Below, piece after piece: positions 9,132 to 17,004 of a stretch of DNA of 17,004 bases. The position numbers and the translations under genes were made by a program. Numbering within the stretch: position 1 is the first letter of the stretch; the number at the start of each line of letters is the position of its first letter. This DNA is from Ginkgo biloba (Eukaryota; Plantae; Ginkgophyta). The stretch is taken from contig JANKJI020000001.1 of assembly GCA_024626585.2 (NCBI GenBank), forward strand, positions 1,294,615 through 1,311,618, read 5' to 3'. The notes beneath the pieces were generated by a model. The model was not told where the DNA came from, did not search any database, and saw only the letters and a program-made list of their open reading frames with translations.

Positions 9132-11303
9132 NNNNNNNNNNNNNNNNNNNNNNNNNNNNNNNNNNNNNNNNNNNNNNNNNNNNNNNNNNNNNNNNNNNNN
9201 NNNNNNNNNNNNNNNNNNNNNNNNNNNNNNNAGTTGAAGACATTTCCTCATGATGGCCAATCCCTCTCAAATTAGGTACTCCTGATTTTTAGGCAACAAG
9301 ATAGGCAGAACATTGAAGTACCCGCTTCCCATTAGGAGGCAAGTGAGGCATGAATTTCCCACGTCAATTACTTGTGTTGGTCAAGAGAATCCCAAATAGG
9401 GATGGGGACACAAGTAAATATATGTGGCTAATACCGAGGTGGTCGTAATACCAACACCATTACGAGTGGACTAATCCAGAGTCACTAACCTCTATGGCAT
9501 AAAAAGAGGTAACTATGGATATCTGGATCTCTTGGACATCAAATCAACCATGCAATGAATCTTATGAAGATAGGAAATGAATTTAAAAGTGGTCTCAAGA
9601 TACAAGAAATGTGCATTGAACTTAGCCTAAACAATACATTAAAGAATAGTGTATTTGCCATGGATGATATGTTGAGGCATAATAGTTTGCACTCTTTTAA
9701 TGTGTGCCCACTCTACATGCCCAAGGCCTGGCCCCCTAGCCTCCCATCCTCTAATCAATAAAGCATTGTAGGTATGACAATGTCCTCAAAAAGACACATC
9801 TTGGATAGGGTGTTATGGAAATGGAGCTAGAAACACTATCTCACTAAAATAGCAAGTGATGTATACCCTTTGCACAACTGAGGCTGAAATGCTCTAAAAG
9901 ATGGACCTATAAACTAGACACCTAAATAGATATATAAGGCGGCGGTCTCAATAGTCTACCCTCTAAAGGTGAAAGGGAGTCTCAATAAGGCATGTCTAGC
10001 CATATTGAAAGCCATGATCTAAGTTTTCACTAAGATTGACTTCCAAATTCCAACTATTGTAGAACAAAGCAAGATAGCCTAACCACCTCTGTAACAAGTG
10101 GATGAAAGGAGGACAACATCATATGCAAAAGGACAAATATCAAACTATATGCAAAAGATGGACATTTTCTATAATAGGTGGTCTCTTTGAGACACCGCTC
10201 AAGGTCATCAATGTAGTGCCCAAAGAGAGTTCAAGAGAAGGACCATCCCTACTTGACTCCAATAATGGTCTAAATGTCCCTACAAGAGGCCCTATGAGGT
10301 ACAAAAGCACTTAATCCATCTCCTAAAGTCTCATCACTGTTGTCATAATCTAAGTCACCTGGTTCAATTTCAACGTGTAAAAAAACTGATAAAAAATCAG
10401 CAAGGTCTAAAGAAATCAAAAAATTCACTATGAAGTTCGCCAAATGCAAAAATATTGTTTTTTACATAGAGTTTATATTTTTCGAAGAAATTGAGATAGA
10501 AAAAGAAATATTGAAACAAGCATACAATTAACCAATACCTTTGTGAGAATTCATATTTTCATTTTATGATATGCTTTAACCCAAGTTTAAGCTAAATATC
10601 TTATGATCAAAGCATTGACTAGCACCATTGAAAAAATCAGGCGATTTTTATGAATAATTTGGCCCCACCTTAAAAATTGCAAAAAAGGCTATCGCCGCAC
10701 CTTATGACTTGGTAATAATCTCAAGAATTCCATGTGCCGAAAGTCTTTCAAAAAGGAGATTTCTAGGCGTATTGTGGCAAACGTTTTCTAAAGTCTATTG
10801 AACAATAATAGACTTTAAACTAAAAATAGCCCCGACAATAAGAATATGACTTCTTGTAAAATTATATTAACACCTTGATAAACTTGTATAAGGTTGCAGC
10901 ACCAATAAAAAATAATCTGATTGCTAAAGCATTCATGGTAGGATTGTTAGTTTCCAATGAAATCACTTTCTAAGTTAACATGATGATGGGAAATGTTCAT
11001 ATCCATGCCTTCATGTCAATGTTATAGAATGAATAGTGGATGAGAGAGAAAATGTTATAAAATTTGAACCTAATGAAAGAATCCCCTTATGAGATTCATC
11101 AGAATCCCAGATATTGGGAAGTAATCCCTAAAATTATTGAGTAGGCATATAAGGATATTCATGAATACTACCTATATGAATTTGGAGGATTTGAGGTATA
11201 CATNNNNNNNNNNNNNNNNNNNNNNNNNNNNNNNNNNNNNNNNNNNNNNNNNNNNNNNNNNNNNNNNNNNNNNNNNNNNNNNNNNNNNNNNNNNNNNNNN
11301 NNN

Positions 11304-11800
11304 ATCAATGGCTCTCAACTTAGCTCGTTAAGATGCTTCATTAGGGTGTTTCTTTCGAGATCCTTATGGAAAAGAGCTTGGGTCATCACCCACTAAGTAA
11401 TAGTGGGCTCTATTAAATTTGGGACATCAAACTACCCTTGTTGGCGTTATTAGCCTGAGTTGCAACATTAGTTCATAGGACAAGAATTCCTAATAAACCC
11501 ACTTGTCATAGTCTAAAGAGACTAAAACCAACCTTTAAGGCATACCCAAGCAAGCTTGTAGGAGGGCACTTAAGTTCTAAGGCAATTAGGGCCATATGGG
11601 TTAAATTATGCAGCCTTCACCAACATGGATGTAGTCCAGTACAAATTGCACCAGTTTGGACTATAAATAGGTCCAATTCCCCCTCATTTAATTATCAGTT
11701 GAACTACTTGTTTTCAAGTAGCTTTCTACTTGCATTGAGGAGCTCTAGAAGCAAGTGCTTCCTCCATCTTTAGAATTGTGATTTTGTCTCCCTCTATACA
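11304..11800 (+). mobile_element. LTR-like segment with TATA box, ending at the start of protease homology
   Basis: CTATAAATAG at 11661-11670 is followed by a pyrimidine-rich tract. The segment ends CTATACA at 11800, immediately before pol homology begins. Its 5' end is lost in a gap. Confidence 0.45.
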
Positions 11801-13115
11801 AAAGGAAAAGGCGGAAATATCACTATCAGTAGTAACAGGAATCCACAAATTTGACACACTTAAGGTACACGGCTTTGTTTGAAGACACAAGCTACTAATA
11901 TTGGTCAATTTAGGGAGGAGCACACATAACTTCATTGACCTAAGAAAAGTCAAGTAGTTGCAACTATGTATCAATGGAACAAACCCCTTCCAATTGGGCA
12001 TCCTAGGAAAAAATTAACTAATGTGTGAAGGTGAAGTAGAAAACCTTAATCTCACAATGGGTGACTACACATTAAATTCAAGCTTCTTCACAAAACCAAT
12101 CAGTGAAGTTGAAGCAATATTGGTAATACAATGGTTGAGGACCCTTGGAACCTATAGAACAAACCATGATGAAAACTTTTTGAAATTCTAGATCAATGGA
12201 GCAAAGTACACAATTCACAAAATAAGATCCCTACCAAATAAAATACTTGATTCCAAGGAAAAAAGATAATATCCTTAAGAAAGGTCAAATTGGGGTTCAT
12301 AGCGCAACTATATTCCATGAAGGTGCAACCACAACAAGAAGACAACCAATAATACGAGGAACAAAGAACACAAGAACAAAAGAAGGCCCTAGAAGTTGTT
12401 CTTCAAATACACCATAAGGTTTTCCTAGATCTTCCCAAAATCCTACCTGGATAGAGGAATGGGGCACATCATTGAGATAGATGCAAATAAGGCTCTAACA
12501 ATAGTGAAGCCCTATAGATACAATCAAAACCAAAAGAGTAGAATTGAAACCCCGGTACAAGAACTCCTAAACATGGGTGCCCTTACACATAGCAAAAGCC
12601 CCTATGTGACACTAGTAGTATTTGCAAGAAACAAAGATGGGTCATTCCAATTATGCGTGGATTATAGGACCCTTAACAAAATAACAATAAAGAACTATTC
12701 CCAATGCCAAGAATCTATGATATATTATGAGCTACACAAAGTAAAACGTCTTTCAATGACAGACTTACAATCAAGATATAATCAAATTCCAATCAAAATG
12801 GAAGATAGACACAAAACAACATTCTAAATACATCAAGGGCAATATGAATTTTGATTCATTCCATTTGGACCATCAAATGCACAAGAACATTCCAAGCCTT
12901 AATGACTAGGATCTTTGTCAAGGTAGTCTTCTTCGATGATATCTTGATATAAAACACCAAATGCAGTGACCACATAAACCATCTAAATAAAGCGCTCGAT
13001 ATCATTAATCAACATTGCTTATATGAAAAAGGGCTTCTACAGGAAACAAAGCCTTGAATATTTGGGCCATACCATCAACAAGAACAAAGAAAAGGTGAAC
13101 AGAACCAAGATACAA
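11801..13115 (+). mobile_element. pol: Ty3/gypsy chromovirus (Reina-like) pol pseudogene: aspartic protease + reverse transcriptase
   Basis: Protease: EISLSVVTG..TLKVHGFV..LLILVNLGRSTHNFID (catalytic D to N at 11907) ..AILVIQWLRTLG. RT: VKPYRY..SKSPY..VVFARNKDGSFQLCVDYRTLNKITIKN, DLQSRYNQI..EDRHKTTF, GQYEFL..PFGPSNA, VFFDDILI (12926-12949), LEYLGHTI. Multiple stops and frameshifts. The FFDD variant is typical of Reina, so the lineage is an inference. Confidence 0.95.
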
Positions 13116-14118
13116 ACAGAAAACCCATGCCTGAGCCANNNNNNNNNNNNNNNNNNNNNNNNNNNNNNNNNNNNNNNNNNNNNNNNNNNNNNNNNNNNNN
13201 NNNNNNNNNNNNNNNNNNNNNNNNNNNNNNNNNNNNNNTAGGTCGAAGGCTATCCACTGATCCTTAGCAACTTTGCTTGTTTGTTGCCCCTACTCAAGGT
13301 CAAAACCCCCTGCCATTACTCCATCAATTTGATTTGATCAATCTCAGTCGACAGTCTATTAGTCATTATTACAATGTCAAATCCTTTTGCTAATTTTTGG
13401 AGCTCTGCGTATTTTTGCATTTTATTCTGGCAAATCTTTCGCTTTTGCTAAAGTTTAGTTGAATCATCCTTCTTATAGAAATAATCTTTCCTCAATCTGC
13501 AACCCAATTCTAAAACCTTGTTGGATGAAGATTGTTGGCCACTCAAATTTGTTGCCTCAGCATTTTGGATTGCTCTAGACAAATCGCCCAAATATGATCT
13601 TTTCCTTACAGCGTGTGTCAACATGTTTCGCATTCTGCAAACTTTTTTGCTATTTTGCAATTTCCTCCAATGAACTTTCCTCCTTAGCCATTTTCTTAAG
13701 AAAACGCATACGACTTCAGACTTTCATTGTGCAAATTGGTCATGNNNNNNNNNNNNNNNNNNNNNNNNNNNNNNNNNNNNNNNNNNNNNNNNNNNNNNNN
13801 NNNNNNNNNNNNNNNNNNNNNNNNNNNNNNNNNNNNNNNNNNATTAATTATTTTAGTCTTAGACTTGATTATCCACTATAACTAAATCTTAAACAAAATT
13901 TTGTGGCTTTGCTTAGGTTTTTCAACTTTCATGCCACTATTAAATTGAAGCCAACAACTACCTTTTAAAATCAAATCCAACCTGAATAAACTTTGGTGCA
14001 AAGGCAACCGCACACAAAGGTAACTGCAAATGTAAGTTGAACACCATCATAGAAGTATGCAAACCTAATACGATGAGATCAATAACCTAATCTTGAAAAT
14101 AATACCATGAAAATTGAA

Positions 14119-14454
14119 ATATAGGGAGCAAATTGGATCTTTACGTGGAGTTACCACTTGGAAAGACACATCCATGCATCACCGAATGGTTGAAATCACA
14201 TGTTTGAACTTTATAACGCCATTCCATAGAAAACACTTTCAGATATCAATAACTCACAAAATTTTGTGTACTCCAGAAAAAGAAGACATATGGAGGGTAG
14301 AATTGATCCTTAGGTGGAATGGCACTTGGAAAGAGACATNNNNNNNNNNNNNNNNNNNNNNNGGTATCACATGTTTGAACTTTATAATGCCATTCCACAG
14401 AAAACATTTTCAGATGTAATAACTCATAAAATTTTACGTACTCAAGAACAATAA
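14119..14454. repeat. ~168-bp tandem duplication (2 visible copies) spanning a 23-N gap
   Basis: CACTTGGAAAGA(C/G)ACAT occurs at 14155 and 14323 (168 apart). ATCACATGTTTGAACTTTATAA(C/T)GCCATTCCA(T/C)AGAAAACA occurs at 14195 and 14366. Confidence 0.85.
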
Positions 14455-15916
14455 AAATGTCAAAACAGTTTGATTTTAACGACTCTGTTGAAATGGAGGG
14501 ATAAGACCACCAAAAGAAACATTAAATAGATGGAAATGGAAGAGACAAAAAAAAGAAAGAAATTGTATTAATGCCCNNNNNNNNNNNNNNNNNNNNNNNN
14601 NNNNNNNNNNNNNNNNNNNNNNNNNNNNNNNNNNNNNNNNNNNNNNNNNNNNNNNNNNNNNNNNNNNNNNNNNNNNGTTGATTATGTACTTTGTGCAATG
14701 GAAAATACAAACATTCATATTCTTCTTCAATGATTTTTTTCCAACAAAAAGGATATATCAATGTCTTGTAGGCCAAAGAGGCTTGCCCTTTGTTGGACAC
14801 ATACGTTGATGGGCATGCAAATTTATCTCATTATGTTGTTCTTTGTTATAGAAAAACATTTGGATGCTCCTCTAACTAATTTGCACCTGGATAATTGCAT
14901 TATAAGAGACTGTAGTCATCAAATCACATATAGAGAAACAACTACTCTATCTAGACCTATATCAAATCCTTGGAGTTTTGTTAGGTTAAAAGCACAAGCC
15001 TTACATTTTTGGTTGGAAGACAAGTAGCCCTTTTTATATCATACAACCTGGTTGTGCCATTCACTTAATAGTCTTTTCAACCCTAGATACAAGGGATATA
15101 TGCCTACAAATTTAGAATATTAAAGCACTCTCCTTGATTATGTATTACATTGTGGTTGAAAATTGCTTGGTAGCGATCACAAAACGTACTACCTAAAAAT
15201 TCATTTTTTCTGAGCTTTCAAATTTTAGAGAAGATGCCTACTACTCTATTCATATGGTTAAGACAAAACATGGTCTATGTTTCCACAATGCCCTAGCAAA
15301 TGGAGTCCAAAAATGAGTAACAACTCAAATTTGTGGTTTTAAGCATTGCTACTAAATGGAGTTTGAAATCAAACTCTTCACAAGCGTATTTAGGAGTGTT
15401 AATACAGATTCAACACACCACTATTGCCATGAATGTTGATGATGCTATGTTGCCATGCCATCAACTTCTACTATGCCTTTGTAAAAAGTTTGCTCATAAC
15501 TGTTGGCTTGAAGGTTAATGGACAATTGAGTAACTTGAATAATAGTTCGACTTGTATAGCTTCATAATCGTAATGCTAAGATGGTTTGGAGGCATTACAT
15601 GGTTGCTTGGCAACTTACTAGATTGATTTTATGAATTAAAAGACGAATGCTAGTGTTTGATGGTAGATTGTTGTAATTACCATTGATTGTTGTGATGTGG
15701 TGTGGCATGGTTTCAGACATCCAAGATTGATGGAGTAAGTTTTGACAAGGTCGCTAGTAGAGAACCTTGAAAACATGAGACTCTATGTGACTAGATTAAA
15801 TTTGTGAAGAATTTACAAAGCAATTATGACCACACGTAGTAGATGTGATAAAATAAAAAATATTTCTGAAGTTTCATCAAGGTTTATTCTTAATATTTCC
15901 TTATCCATTTTAACTT

Positions 15917-16870
15917 ATGGCATGGTCCTATGAGGCTTTGTTTTGGGGGCTTAGGATAGAAAAAGGACTTGAGAAATGTTGCTTAGGTTATGGGAAAGGG
16001 AACAATGTGAGCTTTATGGATACAAGATGCATCCAATCTTTAAAAGATTTTACTTTATTTTATTTGAAAATGTTGGGATCAACAATACAATACAAGCTAG
16101 AGGCCTTGGATGTGATGGACAAGCCTTGTTTTTACCTATTGGCTATTAAAACTTTTGCCTCTCTCAATTGTCCAATGTGACAACAATGCCATTCTAGGAG
16201 CTTTGTTGTCCTTTCTACTCCTTTATGTGTCATGAACTCCACAGGGTTTTGGGAGCAAGAGTCAACAAACGAGTCTATGTTCAAGTTGACTTGTCCAAAA
16301 ATGTCAGGAAAGAGATCAAGATTCAATGTGGACAAAGGATCTTCAAGCAGAAATGCTTTCTTGAGATGGCATGACACTGGACATAAGAGAAAGGACTACG
16401 CACTCATGAACGAAAAGAAAGTTAATAGTCTTGTTGACAACCATGTTAAACCCACTCAAGAAGATGAGGTTAATGGGCCTTTGACTATGGTAGGAAAGAA
16501 GTTGTCTTAATCTAAAAATAATTAGTTAATGCAAGTGATAGCAACTAGCAGAAAGGCAAGGGTGGCACTTTTGCTTCTCACAAGCAAACGCGCCCATCAA
16601 GCAAAAAGTTACAACCTACCGTAGTTTCAGAGCAAACAATAAACTTGTCTGCAAAAGAACAAGATTGCCTCCACCTTGGGCATTTGTCTTTTAGTTTCAA
16701 GAGGACCAGACTACTAACTCCAAGCCAAGAAGACAAATCACATGAAATGGATTCTTTAACAAAATAGAAAAAATCCACTATACTTGAGCAATCGCTTTAG
16801 TGTATTGCCTAAGCTTAATGAATATGGAACAAAGGGCATGGAGTATGAAGGTAGGATTGTTCTCAATGAT
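15917..16870 (+). mobile_element. Degenerate L1-type LINE ORF1 (DUF4283-like region + CCHC zinc knuckle + NRF motif)
   Basis: Across frames it reads KRFYFILFEN..IQARG/PWM/DGQALFL..NF..MPF*..NKRVYVQVDLSKNVRKEIKIQCG..FKQ, then the knuckle-spaced FLRWHDTGHKRKDY (16358-16399) and LSNRFSVL (NRFSVL at 16790-16807). The motif order matches plant L1 ORF1 (F.F...GPW..DG..L.L..W..F / RVCV.VDL.KPL / CX2CX4HX4C / NRF..L). Confidence 0.75.
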
Positions 16871-17004
16871 TAGAATAATTAGTAGGAATGCCATCAGACT
16901 CATTGACCCACATAGAAAGGGATGATCAGAAGAGTGTATATGTGTTTGCAAGATATTCGTCCCTAACGAATATGGCAAATTGGCATCATAAGGCAATTGG
17001 TGAC

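Larger units (their letters stand above)
1200..14676. other. Twelve assembly gaps
   Basis: N-runs: 1200-1310, 1559-1628, 2884-2983, 3715-3741, 4373-4472, 6935-7034, 9132-9231, 11204-11303, 13139-13238, 13745-13842, 14340-14362, 14577-14676. Seven are exactly 100 N, the usual placeholder for unknown size. Confidence 0.97.

Noticed and set aside
9540-10330. Possible minus-strand coding relic
   Set aside because: Many stops in the frames I translated and no recognisable motif.
10789-10817. 11-bp hairpin TAAAGTCTATT/AATAGACTTTA
   Set aside because: AT-rich and short, with no associated Helitron CTRR end or other context.
11852-11868. TGACACACTTAAGGTAC as a decayed tRNA-Arg PBS
   Set aside because: It lies within the protease reading frame (DTLKVHG) and is explained as coding sequence.
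983-14800. Track ORFs containing X runs (e.g. 2644-3141, 6567-7100, 13594-13881, 14522-14800)
   Set aside because: Their length is inflated by N gaps that join unrelated contigs. 2644-3141 is partly the antisense of the copia RNase H.
14677-15850. Short ORFs 14761-15027 and 15333-15518 as host exons
   Set aside because: No recognisable domain or splice structure, and stop-rich continuations.

Overview
AT-rich, heavily gapped eukaryotic scaffold with 12 N-runs, seven of them exactly 100 N. It reads as a plant transposable-element graveyard; a large-genome plant such as a gymnosperm is a guess from element style only. I find no intact host gene, RNA gene or CRISPR array. Recognisable relics are two Ty3/gypsy gag fragments on the minus strand separated by an LTR-like segment (1-1407), a Ty1/copia 3' end with RNase H, PPT and LTR (2984-3427), a chromovirus integrase C-terminus with chromodomain (4473-4800), a Met-tRNA PBS cluster with a perfect hairpin (7401-7523), a Reina-like chromovirus protease-RT (11801-13115) and a frameshifted L1-type LINE ORF1 (15917-16870). 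There are also two degenerate tandem repeats (~62-63 bp and ~168 bp). The sequence does not support a new biological system. The best lead is the triple-PBS/hairpin region followed by a decayed frame that starts MVKTRS but shows no gag motifs. All domain calls come from manual translation and motif recognition, not database searches.
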